From: Dehalococcoidia bacterium
Lineage (GTDB): Bacteria > Chloroflexota > Dehalococcoidia > Lucifugimonadales > VXLM01
Direction of reading: 5' to 3'
DNA: 64,000 bases
NCBI GenBank assembly: GCA_963662435.1
Contig: OY759598.1
Coordinates: 1,024,507-1,088,506, forward strand
Below the pieces are notes generated by a model. It saw nothing but the letters and a program-made list of their open reading frames with translations, made no database searches and was not told where the DNA came from. A program made the translations under genes and the position numbers. Shown in pieces: positions 27,493 through 37,594 of the stretch. Numbering within the stretch: the stretch's first letter is position 1; each line of letters begins with the position of its first letter.

Positions 27493-27806
27493 GGGCTGAC
27501 AGGGGTAGGCAAAACGGATTTGTAGCTAACGATCCCGCCCCGTCTCTCTGTCATTCCTGCGAAAGCGGGAATCCACTCCCCCTTACGCCCGACCGGCGAG
27601 GTCCCGTTCACCCTGAGCCTGTCGAATGGTGCCCCCCACGGCGATACCCATCCGTCATTCCTCCAAAAAACCGTCCCATCTCCCGTAGGGGCGATTCGCG
27701 AAACGCCCCTCCTACTCCGCCCCGCTTCGCTCAGAATGACAGGGCCGGGTTGCTTTCTGGTTAATGGAGAGTGGAGCGATAGGCAAATACCTACCGCTGT
27801 CAGCCC
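27493..27806. mobile_element. MITE-like element family 1, second copy with different REP cargo
   Basis: GGGCTGACAGGGGTAGG ... CCTACCGCTGTCAGCCC (16/17 TIR match). Confidence 0.7.
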
Positions 27807-27927
27807 GTCGGGGCGATACTCAACCTCCGATCTCTCCCCCGGCGGGGGAGAGATACAGAGAGGGGGTCCCACGCGGCTACACAGGACCAACTCCGACCCT
27901 GTCGCGTGGTGGAGCAACGTGCTCCCC

Positions 27928-28527
27928 CTAGTTCGACCGCTCCGGGTCATACTTCCGGGCCGTTGGTTCGCTCCGTTCGGACTTCTGGCCTTTCAGGAGC
28001 TCGAACAGCCGGTTCGCCTCGTAAGGGTTCACGTCCGGGTCCCAGATGTTGTGCTTCTCGAAGTAGACGACTGGCGGGTACCACAGGTTCCACGTTAGCG
28101 GCCACTCCTGGGCAATGGTCACGTACTTCGGCTGTTTTTCGGGATCGGGCACCAGCATCAGGACGATCGTGAGTGCCACTGCCAGGATCATCCCCGGAAT
28201 GAACAGGATTGGCCTCGTCCAACCGTAGTTGAGCCATAGCCAACTGCTTCCGACCAGCATCCCCCAGAAGGGGATCCACAGGGCCGAAAGTAGCATGAAG
28301 AACAGGAGCCCACCGATATAGAAGAGCCCCAAAACCCTGCCGAGATGGAAAATAATCTTGAAGAGCGATTGGCCCAGATAGTCAACCGGCTTCAGGACGA
28401 GGATGAGCACCCGGGCAATGTAGTAGACCACAAAGCGGGCGATCATCGTGAAGAGATCACCCGGAGCGTTTCTTCGGGCGAACTCCACACGAGTTCGCAT
28501 GTCAGGTATTTTCCACAGCCAAGTCAC
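27928..28527 (-). CDS. Hypothetical membrane protein
   Basis: Several hydrophobic helices; host-like codon usage. Confidence 0.75.
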   Translation of the reverse strand: MTWLWKIPDMRTRVEFARRNAPGDLFTMIARFVVYYIARVLILVLKPVDYLGQSLFKIIFHLGRVLGLFYIGGLLFFMLLSALWIPFWGMLVGSSWLWLNYGWTRPILFIPGMILAVALTIVLMLVPDPEKQPKYVTIAQEWPLTWNLWYPPVVYFEKHNIWDPDVNPYEANRLFELLKGQKSERSEPTARKYDPERSN

Positions 28528-28642
28528 GTTGTGCAGATCTCCCTGTGTCCGTACCTGAGCCGGAAAATGGGACTGTCCATCAAATCAATCGTATCACAAG
28601 GGCAGGGTGGAAGCTTCGTAGCGGACCGAACGCTGCCGGATG

Positions 28643-29854
28643 CTACTTGGTGGCCGTGTCCCCCGCGACCATCGCAAGCGAGTCCGACCGTCGGAACGTC
28701 GACCTCCAGACGGCGTAGATGCCTACGGCAACGACCATGAGCATCACGCCCATCGAGGCCAGCGTAACCTCCAAACCGAAGCGGTGGATAAGGAGCCCGG
28801 CGAATATCGGCCCCGCCACCTTCGCGGAATTCTTCATCGCTCCGACGAGTCCCATGCAGGCGCCGAGGTCACGTTCGCTTACGGCGGTGGATACCGATGC
28901 CAGCGCGGAGGGGAATACAAGGGCTTGCGCCACGCCAATGAGAACGGCTGAAAGTACAAAGGTTACAGGGTCATCCCCGAGCGATAAGGTCAGCAGGCCG
29001 ACCGCCATGGCAACCATGCCGAGCGCAACGGTCGGCATGTGGCCGAGCCGGTCGCCTAGTCGTCCGCCAAGGGGTGCAAGGATAAGATGGGTGCCCTCCT
29101 GCAGGGCGAAGTACGCGCCGACCACCGCGATGTTCACGCCCTTTGAAAGGGCGTAAACGGGCAGGAATGTCTTGAGCGCGTACTCGGCAACCAGCACCTG
29201 CGCGCTCATTCCCCCCGCCAGCCACACGCCGGACGAGCGGCTTGCAACGGAGATTCCCCGGAGCGCCTGTTTCAACAGCGGCGGTCTCTTCTCACGGCGC
29301 GCGGGCTTCGTCTCCGGAAGGAGGGCGACCGGCACGAACGCGACGGCGCTCAGCAACCCGACGATCGTAAACACCTGGACGGGGTCCAGCCGCAAGAGCA
29401 GGATGCCCGCAGCGGCGGGACCGACAACGTACCCGGCGTTTCTGGCCATGGAGAACCAGCCCAGCCTCTCAGCACGGCTGGAGGTGGAGAGCTCTACCAC
29501 GTAGGCAAGCGTAACTGGGCCATAGATCGCCGTAGCCAGGCCATGGATGATACGGACAACGACAAGCTGCTCCGGCGAGTCCACGAACCCGTAGACGAAG
29601 GGCATGCCCGCGAACACGGCCGTTCCCGCAAGCAGCCAGATTCGGCGTCCCGTACGGTCGGAGAGTATCCCCACGAACGGCTTGAGCACCATGCCGGTCA
29701 GAGTGGAGACCGACACGATGAAACCCAGCAGCACGTCGCCTGCGCCCAGGCTCGCGGCGAACAGGGGAAGCAGCGGCGTCTTACCCATCTGGTACGCAGA
29801 ACGTACCAGGAAGTCCGCCGCCGTTACACCAAGAAAGCCCCGTGAGCGAATCAC
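28643..29854 (-). CDS. MFS transporter
   Basis: GILSDRTGRR and GRLGDRLG motif A copies, about 12 TM segments. Confidence 0.92.
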   Translation of the reverse strand: MIRSRGFLGVTAADFLVRSAYQMGKTPLLPLFAASLGAGDVLLGFIVSVSTLTGMVLKPFVGILSDRTGRRIWLLAGTAVFAGMPFVYGFVDSPEQLVVVRIIHGLATAIYGPVTLAYVVELSTSSRAERLGWFSMARNAGYVVGPAAAGILLLRLDPVQVFTIVGLLSAVAFVPVALLPETKPARREKRPPLLKQALRGISVASRSSGVWLAGGMSAQVLVAEYALKTFLPVYALSKGVNIAVVGAYFALQEGTHLILAPLGGRLGDRLGHMPTVALGMVAMAVGLLTLSLGDDPVTFVLSAVLIGVAQALVFPSALASVSTAVSERDLGACMGLVGAMKNSAKVAGPIFAGLLIHRFGLEVTLASMGVMLMVVAVGIYAVWRSTFRRSDSLAMVAGDTATK

Positions 29855-29857
29855 ACC

Positions 29858-32800
29858 CTACGCCTTCGGGATGATTGCGGGGATCTCAAGTTCATGCAGG
29901 GAGTCGACAAACCGCTGCAGGTCGTCGCTTTCGAGCTGCTCCAGCCTCCCAAGCGCACTCCCGGCCCTCTCTGAGAGGACGCCGTACACGTCGTGCTGCT
30001 GTGTAGTCGGAGCGGAGTCCGCAGAGGATACCGCTGCCATGAGTTCCTTCAATTTGAACCCCACGCCGGCGGGCAGTTCTATGCGGTCGAGCCCCTCCTC
30101 GCCAATGACTTGGGTCTGGATCATTTCCAGCTCTATTGAGTCGAGCGAGTCGTTCAGGCCGCCCGTCACCTCGGACAGCGCATCGCCCTTGCCCACGGAT
30201 GTCGCTCTCGCTGACCATTCCGCCACCTGTCCGCGGATGCTCCTGATGCGGTTGATGCCGTTATGGACTTCGGTGACCTTGTCCCGCACCTGCAGCATGA
30301 GGTCAAGCTGTTCTCGTAGCTCATCGGCCGAGGTGGACACGCGCGGGTCTTGCTTTATCGTCACGTCCCGGCACACAGTCTTTCCAGCTACGGTGAGAGA
30401 GACCGAATACGTTCCCGGCACCACCAGCGGGCCCTCTATCGCCCCGGACTTGGCGCCGTCCTCCGAGACCTTGGACGACGAGTCATGGCGCAGGTCCCAG
30501 ATGTACCGGTTCATGCCCTCTTTCACTGGAAGGAACGGTCCCGCGGGCTTTTCCAACTCGGACATATCATCGTAGCCGCAGGGCTTGGGCCGTACTTTCC
30601 GCACGACGTTGCCATCGCCGTCCGACACGGTCAAGACCGCGTCGTCCGCGGGCGCATCACCTACGTTATAGTGGAAAATTGCCCCCGTCGGAGGATTGTT
30701 TCCTGCATCGAGGAAGATGGAGTGCGCCTGCTCGTTCTCGTCCTTTTCTTCTACCCAGGCCGCCGCCGATCCAAGACGCAGCATGTACCTCTTGCCGTCT
30801 CCCGATGACCTTCCGGACGTCATCTGATAAGCACTGCGGACGACGCTTGCCGGCTCGAACAGGTGGGGTCCGGAACCGTCTGCCGCGTCGGGTGCCTGTC
30901 TGAGGTGCGTCAGGTCGTCGAGAATCCAGAACGAGCGCCCATGAGTGGCCACGGCAAGCTCATTGCCTCTTACCTTCATGTCGTGCACCGCCACCACTGG
31001 CAGGTTGACCTGCAGCGACTGCCACGACCCGCCGTCGTCGAATGAGACATGGATGCCCATCTCGGTACCGGCGTAGAGCAGGCCCTCTCGCTCGGTGTCC
31101 GCCCTGACGACCCATGTGTACTCGCTCTCCGGTATGCCGTCGGTAATCCTCTGCCACGTTGCACCATAGTCCGAAGTCTTGAATAGCAGGGGAGTGTTGT
31201 CGGCGAGACGGTACCTGTGTGCGGCAACGTAAGCAGTGGCCGCATCGTGCGGCGAAGGCTCTATGATCGCAACGGTTGCCCACTCCGGCAGGTCGGGGGG
31301 AGTAACGTTGTCCCACGAGTCGCCGCCGTCGCGCGAAATATGAACGAGTCCGTCGTCAGAACCCGCCCAGAATACGCCCGGCTCGTGGGGAGACTCGACG
31401 AACGCGAATATCGTCCCGAAATTCTCCACGAAGGTCGTGTCCTTCGTGATCGGTCCGCCGGAGGCCTCCATCTTGGAGCGGTCGTTGCGCGTTAGATCGG
31501 GGCTTATCGCCTCCCAACTGTGCCCTTCGTTCATCGAGCGGAACACGACCTCCGCAGCCACGTAAAGCGTCCCGGAGTCGTGGGGCGAGAAGACGATGGG
31601 GTATGTCCACTGGAATCGGTACTTGTGGTCCTTTACGCCCTGGCCGTAGACGAATTCCGGCCAGACGGAGACGATCTTGCTCTGGCCAGTCTTGTGGTCG
31701 TAGCGGTGCAGCGAGTCGCCGCCGCCGGAGGAGCTGCCTATCGCACCGGAGAAGACGATGCTGGAATCGTCGGGATGGACTGCTATCTGCCCGCTCTCCG
31801 AGCTGCCGACAAAGTAACTGTCTCCATAGAGGATGGCTCCCTTCTCGATGTCGCGACTCGCCGTGCTTATCGCGCTGTTGTCCTGCTGCGTAGCATAGAC
31901 GCGATAGGGATAGTCGTTGTCGGCGTCCATCCGATAGAACTGCGCCGTCGGCTGGTTGTAGATCGTCGACCAGGAGTCCCCGCCGTTGTAGGTAACGCAG
32001 GCCCCGCCGTCGTTCCCTTGGATCATCCGGCGCGGATTTGCCGGATCGATCCACAGATCGTGGTTGTCCCCGTGAGGCATCGATACTTCGTTGAAGGTGC
32101 GTCCTCCGTCTGTCGACTTCCAGCACTTGAGATTCAGAATCCATACCGTCTCCGAGTCCTGTGGGTCGCCGAAGACATGGCAGTAGTACCACGGGCGCTG
32201 GATGAGCTTCGGGTCGTCCGAGACCAACTCCCACGTCGCCCCCAGGTCGTCCGAACGGTAGAGACCACGGTCTTCAGCCTCTATGATCGCCCACACGCGC
32301 CCGTCCTTGGCAGGGGAGGCGGCAACGCCCATACGCCCCTTGATGCCGCCGGGAAGCCCTTTGTTCCCGCTGATGCACTCCCACGTGTCGCCTCCGTCGG
32401 TTGTGCGGTAGAGTGCACTGCCGGGCCCTCCGGAGGAAAAATTCCAGGGCTTTCGGCGGGCGTCCCACAATGCGGCGAACATGATGCGCGGATTGTTCGG
32501 GTCCATCGTGAGATCGGCCGCGCCGCTCCTCTCGTCCCCGAAGAGCACGCGCTCCCACGATTTCCCGCCGTCTGTCGTACGGTAGATACCGCGCTCTTCG
32601 CTGTCGCCGAAGATATCGCCCAGCGCCGCGACGTAGACGATGTCGGGATTCGTTGGATGGATCCGTACACGCGATATGTGCTTGGTTTCCCTTAGCCCAA
32701 CGTGGGCCCACGACCTGCCTCCGTCCGTGGACCGGTAGACACCGTCTCCGGCCGAGACGTTGCCCCGCGTGCATGCTTCGCCGGTCCCCACGAATATCAC

Positions 32801-33052
32801 GTTGGGATCGGAAGTCGAAACCGCGATTGCGCCGACAGCCGCGGAACTGAGAAAACCGTCGGAGATGTTCCGCCAGTAGGTCCCCCCGTCGTCAGACTTC
32901 CACACGCCTCCGGCACAGGCGCCGAAATAGAATGTCGCCAGTTCAGTTGGATGCCCGGCAACGGCGACGACTCTGCCGCCACGGTGGGGACCGATGCTTC
33001 GCCATCGCAAGGTGCTCAGAAGGGCCGGATCTACGGTGGGTGTCGCTGTCAT
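29858..33052 (-). CDS. BNR/Asp-box repeat (VPS10/sortilin-like) glycosyl-hydrolase-like protein
   Basis: WRSIGPHRGGRV start and many SxDGGxTW Asp-boxes. Confidence 0.88.
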   Translation of the reverse strand: MTATPTVDPALLSTLRWRSIGPHRGGRVVAVAGHPTELATFYFGACAGGVWKSDDGGTYWRNISDGFLSSAAVGAIAVSTSDPNVIFVGTGEACTRGNVSAGDGVYRSTDGGRSWAHVGLRETKHISRVRIHPTNPDIVYVAALGDIFGDSEERGIYRTTDGGKSWERVLFGDERSGAADLTMDPNNPRIMFAALWDARRKPWNFSSGGPGSALYRTTDGGDTWECISGNKGLPGGIKGRMGVAASPAKDGRVWAIIEAEDRGLYRSDDLGATWELVSDDPKLIQRPWYYCHVFGDPQDSETVWILNLKCWKSTDGGRTFNEVSMPHGDNHDLWIDPANPRRMIQGNDGGACVTYNGGDSWSTIYNQPTAQFYRMDADNDYPYRVYATQQDNSAISTASRDIEKGAILYGDSYFVGSSESGQIAVHPDDSSIVFSGAIGSSSGGGDSLHRYDHKTGQSKIVSVWPEFVYGQGVKDHKYRFQWTYPIVFSPHDSGTLYVAAEVVFRSMNEGHSWEAISPDLTRNDRSKMEASGGPITKDTTFVENFGTIFAFVESPHEPGVFWAGSDDGLVHISRDGGDSWDNVTPPDLPEWATVAIIEPSPHDAATAYVAAHRYRLADNTPLLFKTSDYGATWQRITDGIPESEYTWVVRADTEREGLLYAGTEMGIHVSFDDGGSWQSLQVNLPVVAVHDMKVRGNELAVATHGRSFWILDDLTHLRQAPDAADGSGPHLFEPASVVRSAYQMTSGRSSGDGKRYMLRLGSAAAWVEEKDENEQAHSIFLDAGNNPPTGAIFHYNVGDAPADDAVLTVSDGDGNVVRKVRPKPCGYDDMSELEKPAGPFLPVKEGMNRYIWDLRHDSSSKVSEDGAKSGAIEGPLVVPGTYSVSLTVAGKTVCRDVTIKQDPRVSTSADELREQLDLMLQVRDKVTEVHNGINRIRSIRGQVAEWSARATSVGKGDALSEVTGGLNDSLDSIELEMIQTQVIGEEGLDRIELPAGVGFKLKELMAAVSSADSAPTTQQHDVYGVLSERAGSALGRLEQLESDDLQRFVDSLHELEIPAIIPKA

Positions 33053-33267
33053 GTTTTCTTTCCTTATTGGGAGCGGTACTATACGAGTCGCGCGCGAGCG
33101 CGACGGGTATTCTCGCAGATGGTGACACGCACTTCAACGGCGCTAATCGACAACGGCATCGTCTCGGCTCGCATCGTCTCCTTCGCACCTTCACTCCCCA
33201 ATTGAATGCGAATAGGAAGTTGGCAAGAATGAGGTCGCAGCTCTGATCGAACCAGGAACCGCAGACC

Positions 33268-33861
33268 ATGATTGACATTGCAATGGCCGTCGTGTGGGTC
33301 CTCGCTTCCTACCTGCTCGGCATGGTCTCCTTCGGCGACATCGTTGCCAGGATCGCCGGTGTCAACATTCGCGAGACAGGCACTAAGAACCCGGGCGCTG
33401 CGAACTTCTATAGGGAGGTCGGCCCCAAGTACGGAATCGCCGTCTTCGCCGTGGACATTGCAAAGGGCGCCGTCGCCACGGCCCCGCTCCTCGTTATCGA
33501 CGGGCTGCCCCAATGGACGCCTTTCGCAGCGGCACTCGCCGTTGTGCTGGGCCACATATTCCCCACGTTGGGAAAGAAGTCGGGCGGTACCGGCATGGCA
33601 ACCGCGATTGGCGCTTCCTTTGGGCTTGCCCCTCTTGGACTTCTCGCCGGCATACCTGGGGGACTGCTCGTGCTGGCTATCCTGCGAAATCCGGGCTTCG
33701 CAGGCGGCTTCTTCTTCCTCGGTACGGCCCTTCTCGTCGGTTTCGCACGGCAGGACTGGACTGCCGCTATCGCCGTCGTCGCTGTAGCTGTCGTCGTCCT
33801 CGCTAAGGCGAGGTTACAGTACGGCAGTTTGACGAGACGGGGCCCCCAGGATTCCGAGTAG
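33268..33861 (+). CDS. plsY: Glycerol-3-phosphate acyltransferase PlsY family
   Basis: SYLLG, GTKNPGAANFYR, DIAKG, LGHIFP..GGTGMAT. Confidence 0.85.
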   Translation: MIDIAMAVVWVLASYLLGMVSFGDIVARIAGVNIRETGTKNPGAANFYREVGPKYGIAVFAVDIAKGAVATAPLLVIDGLPQWTPFAAALAVVLGHIFPTLGKKSGGTGMATAIGASFGLAPLGLLAGIPGGLLVLAILRNPGFAGGFFFLGTALLVGFARQDWTAAIAVVAVAVVVLAKARLQYGSLTRRGPQDSE

Positions 33862-33873
33862 AGCGAGGAGACG

Positions 33874-34704
33874 ATGGCGTGTGTCGAAGACGGTGGGAAT
33901 AGAGGCGAGACCGCAATTGCTCCGCACATCTCCATTCGCGGACTCACTCACCACTACGGCAGTGGCGAGGCTCGTGTCGCCGCGCTCTCGGACATCGACC
34001 TCGACATCCAACAGGGTGAGTTCGTTTCCATCATCGGGCCTAGCGGTTGCGGCAAGACGACCCTGCTCCGAATTGTAGGCGGCCTGCTCGCGCCCACGCA
34101 GGGGAGCATCCGCCTGGCCGGTTCCTCGCCTGACGAAGCTCGGCAGCAACAGGAGTTCGGAGCCGTATTCCAGGACCCGGCACTCTTGCCCTGGCGTACT
34201 GCTGAAGAGAACGTGGGACTTTCGATCGAATTGCGCGACGGTCCTAACGGAGATTCCAACGATCTTGAAGTCGCGACGCTGCTGTCAAAGGTCGGGCTGG
34301 ACGGGTTCCATCGTTCCTATCCATATCAGCTATCCGGTGGAATGAAGCAGCGCGTAGCCCTCGCCCGTGCCCTGGCTGCACGGCCACGCGTGCTCCTGAT
34401 GGACGAGCCGTTCGGTTCACTCGACGAAATGACTCGCACCGACATGGGCTACGAGCTCCTTCGCGTCTGGGAGGAACGACCGACCACCGTCCTCTTCGTT
34501 ACCCACAGCATCGCGGAGGCGGTCATGCTCTCGGACCGGGTTGTCGTGCTTTCGCCTCGTCCGGGAGCGGTTGTGGACGTGGTCGATATCGGCATGCCGC
34601 GTCCAAGAATGCAGTCAATGGAGGAGTCGAAGGAATTCGGGGACTATATGGCCAAAGTGCGAGGTCTGCTTAAGATGACAAAGGATGCAACTGTTCAGAG
34701 TTAG
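33874..34704 (+). CDS. ABC transporter ATP-binding protein, NitT/TauT family
   Basis: GPSGCGKT, LSGGMKQR, LLMDEPF, FVTH. Confidence 0.93.
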   Translation: MACVEDGGNRGETAIAPHISIRGLTHHYGSGEARVAALSDIDLDIQQGEFVSIIGPSGCGKTTLLRIVGGLLAPTQGSIRLAGSSPDEARQQQEFGAVFQDPALLPWRTAEENVGLSIELRDGPNGDSNDLEVATLLSKVGLDGFHRSYPYQLSGGMKQRVALARALAARPRVLLMDEPFGSLDEMTRTDMGYELLRVWEERPTTVLFVTHSIAEAVMLSDRVVVLSPRPGAVVDVVDIGMPRPRMQSMEESKEFGDYMAKVRGLLKMTKDATVQS

Positions 34705-34839
34705 TGAGATTGCACGAATTGTTCTCTCGCCGTCATTCTGAGGAGCGCAGCGACGAAGAATCTACAATCTCTCCCCCGCCGGGGGAGAGATACAGAGAGG
34801 GGGTCTTCGTGATTCAACTCACAAAGACTGAACAATTAC
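34687..34839. mobile_element. Short copy of MITE family 2 overlapping the ATPase stop codon
   Basis: Left GCAACTGTTCAGAGTTAGTGAGA resembles 11791; right AGACTGAACAATTAC resembles 12284-12298. Confidence 0.65.
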
Positions 34840-34845
34840 CAATGG

Positions 34846-35703
34846 ATGAGTCGATTGCCGAATAATTCCGCTCGGCTCGAAGTTGCGTCTGATGAGGGCC
34901 ATTCCCTTCAGGGAGGGTTCATCCCGACCATTGACAGGTTCTTACGCCGCGCCGCTCTGCCTCTTGTCGCACTCTTGACCCTTGGAGTCGCATGGGAGGT
35001 GGCGGTACGCCTCAGCGGCGTCGCCGACTATCTCGTGCCGACCCCCAGCGCCGTTGGCTCACGCCTGTTCGACGACCTCGGTTATTTCCTGTTCCACGGA
35101 CTCATCACCCTTGTAGAGGCCCTTGGTGGCTTCGCCATGGGCAGCATAGTGGCTGTAATGGCAGCAGGAGTCATGTCCCACTCGCGTCTGTTCGAGCGGA
35201 CCGTCTACCCCATCGCTCTGCTCATCAAGGTCACGCCTATCGTCGCGATTGCGCCACTTTTTGTGATTTGGTTTGGTTTCGGTTCGTTCCCTAAAATGAT
35301 GATTGCCGCCCTCATCACCTTCTTTCCGGTGATGGTAAATACATTCGTCGGCCTTCGGTCGGTAAACCCCACTACCCTGGACTTCTTTCGTCTCCTCGAC
35401 GCTGGCGATTTGCAGGTCCTCTTCAAGCTGCGGGTGCCGAGCGCCCTGCCTTACCTCTTCGCGGCGTTTCGGATCGCCGTGCCACTCTCGGTAATCGGCG
35501 CAGTGGTCGGGGAGTGGTTCACTGGAGACCGCGGTCTCGGCAGCGTCATCATCGTTGCCCACCACAATATCGACATGCCCACACTCTTCTCCGCCATCGC
35601 CGTCCTCGCCTGCATCGGCCTCGGGCTCACTGGAATCACGGCGCTTGTCGAACGACGTGTCCTCTTCTGGCACGACTCCCAACAGTCGGGTCCTGTCCTC
35701 TAG
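34846..35703 (+). CDS. ABC transporter permease, NitT/TauT family
   Basis: TPIVAIAPLFVIWFGFG, KLRVPSALPYLF, GAVVGEW..GLG. Confidence 0.92.
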   Translation: MSRLPNNSARLEVASDEGHSLQGGFIPTIDRFLRRAALPLVALLTLGVAWEVAVRLSGVADYLVPTPSAVGSRLFDDLGYFLFHGLITLVEALGGFAMGSIVAVMAAGVMSHSRLFERTVYPIALLIKVTPIVAIAPLFVIWFGFGSFPKMMIAALITFFPVMVNTFVGLRSVNPTTLDFFRLLDAGDLQVLFKLRVPSALPYLFAAFRIAVPLSVIGAVVGEWFTGDRGLGSVIIVAHHNIDMPTLFSAIAVLACIGLGLTGITALVERRVLFWHDSQQSGPVL

Positions 35704-35709
35704 TACTCA

Positions 35710-36660
35710 GTAACTATCTCAAACTATCTCTAAAGTCGCTTCCGCGAGTCTTCACCACAAAAATGCTCAGACGAAACACGTTCGCCCTGAGCTTGTCGAA
35801 GGGTGCCCCCACGTCGACACCCGCCCCGTCATTCCCGCGCACGCAGGAATCCACTCCTCCTACACGCCCGACTGGCGAGACCCCCTATACGCCTGGCCGG
35901 CGAGGCCCCCGACCGGCGAGATCCCGGCGAGGTCCCGTTCGCCCTGAGCCTGTCGAAGGGCAGACCCCCACCAACAACCTGACCACCAAGCACCACACAA
36001 AATGACCAACACCCAGCACCTGCTCTATATGCCCGACCGGCGAGGTCCGCCCGGCCGGCGAGGCCCCCGACTGGCGAAGTCGCCTATACGCCCGACTGGC
36101 GAAGTCCGCCCGACCGGCGAGATCCCGGCGAGGTCCCGTTCGCCCTGAGCCTGTCGAAGGGCAGACCCCCACCAACAACCTGACCACCAAGCACCCAGCC
36201 CCTGCTCTATATGCCCGGCCGGCGAGGCTCCCGACTGGCGAAGTCCCCTATACGCCCGACCGGCGAGGCCCCGGCGAAGTCCGCCCGACTGGCGAAGTCC
36301 CCCACACCGTCATTCCGGCGCACGCAGGAATCCACTCCCCCTTATGCCCGACTGGCGAAGTCCCTCACACCGTCATTCCGGCGGAGGCCGGAATCCATCT
36401 TCGGACCCTGTCATGTCGAGCCACAATTTTCATTCCAGGTAGTGAGGGTGGCAACCCTCATGAGATATTCTGAGGAGCGCAGCGACGAAGAATCCACAAT
36501 CTCTCCCCGCCGGGGAGCCTTCGAATTCCCATCTCTCCCCCGCCGGGGGAGAGATACAGAGAGGGGGTTCCCGCAGTTACTTGAAAGCATGCAAATGACA
36601 CCCCGTTCGCCCTGAGCCTGTCGAAGGGCACTTCTCTCCGTGCCCTCTGTGGTGAATCCC
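35710..36660. repeat. Dense mosaic of REP-like palindromes and CCCGACYGGCGARGTC tandem units
   Basis: Four REP-A, three GTCATTCC..GGAATCC, C- and D-type units; 87-bp exact duplication 35908-35994 / 36109-36195. Confidence 0.85.
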
Positions 36661-36680
36661 CCACCTCCCACACCGCGCTT

Positions 36681-36709
36681 TTGACAACATCCCTCATCAC
36701 CCTTAAACT
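36681..36709 (+). promoter_or_regulatory. Sigma70-type promoter predicting a leaderless transcript
   Basis: TTGACA-17-TAAACT, ATG 7 nt downstream, no Shine-Dalgarno. Confidence 0.65.
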
Positions 36710-36716
36710 CGAACAC

Positions 36717-37580
36717 ATGAACTATTACAAAGACCTCCGACTCGACGAACTCGACATCGCCTCCCCCGAGGAGGCCGAAGAACTGGAATACGAGCTCGAC
36801 CTGCGCTTCGAGGACTTCACCCCCAAGGATCGCAAGACCTGGCTCAAACAGAACGCCTACCTGGAGCACTTCTCCCAGACCGGTGCCACCACCTCAGCCG
36901 CGAGAGGAGCGAACGTCACCGCCTACACTGCCCTCAGATGGCAGAGTGACGACGTGCTGAGCTTCAACCGCAGACTTGAGGTGGCCACTCTGGCATTCAA
37001 CGACAGCCTTCAGGAGATTGCACTCATGCGCGCAGGCGAACCCAAGGTCCCCGCATCGCTGATCATCGCCCTGCTCCGCGCGAACATGCCGGAGAAGTAC
37101 TCCGAAAAGGGTGAAGATGACGACCGGGCTAAGGCTAAGGCTAAAGCTAAGGAACTCGAACAGCAACGCCGCTACCGGGTGCAGGCCCGCCGTGAGAAAG
37201 CCGTCGGATACCCAACCTTCAGCAAATTGGCCGAGGGCGCTGAGAATGCATATCCCAAATATGACCACGACCCGTCACCTGCTGATCTCTCCCCCACCGG
37301 GGGAGAGATACAGAGAGGGGGTTCCCCACACCCGACCCCGTACGACCACGAGCCGCCATCGCCCAACAACACCGACGAAGACTGGTATCCAGAAGACTTC
37401 TCTGCGCCCACACCGGTGAGTCCTCCACACCGTCTCACCGACGACGACCGGTATCCTGAAACGTCCCCTTCCCCCAAAGGACCTATGGACACTGAACTAA
37501 CCCGCGCCGCGCGCCGCGAACTCCTCAGACAACAAAGAAAGGCCGAAAAGAAAAACACCTTCCCCGTAAAGCGCTTCTAA
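36717..37580 (+). CDS. Orphan terminase-small-subunit-like HTH protein with disordered tail
   Basis: QNAYLEHFSQTGATTSAARGANVTAYTALRWQSDD..F..LQEIALMRA..LIIALLRANMPEKY. Confidence 0.65.
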   Translation: MNYYKDLRLDELDIASPEEAEELEYELDLRFEDFTPKDRKTWLKQNAYLEHFSQTGATTSAARGANVTAYTALRWQSDDVLSFNRRLEVATLAFNDSLQEIALMRAGEPKVPASLIIALLRANMPEKYSEKGEDDDRAKAKAKAKELEQQRRYRVQARREKAVGYPTFSKLAEGAENAYPKYDHDPSPADLSPTGGEIQRGGSPHPTPYDHEPPSPNNTDEDWYPEDFSAPTPVSPPHRLTDDDRYPETSPSPKGPMDTELTRAARRELLRQQRKAEKKNTFPVKRF

Positions 37581-37594
37581 CCCTCTCCCGCCGT

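Noticed and set aside
27447..27950. ORFs in repeat clusters (also 3079-3357, 11837-12200, 35885-36615, 37577-38321)
   Set aside because: Translations are REP-derived motifs (PFDRLRVNG, WIPAFAGMT, GEGWGEG), not genes.
35760..36660. Possible CRISPR array
   Set aside because: No constant repeat with unique equal-length spacers; units are variable, reused elsewhere, and there are no cas genes.
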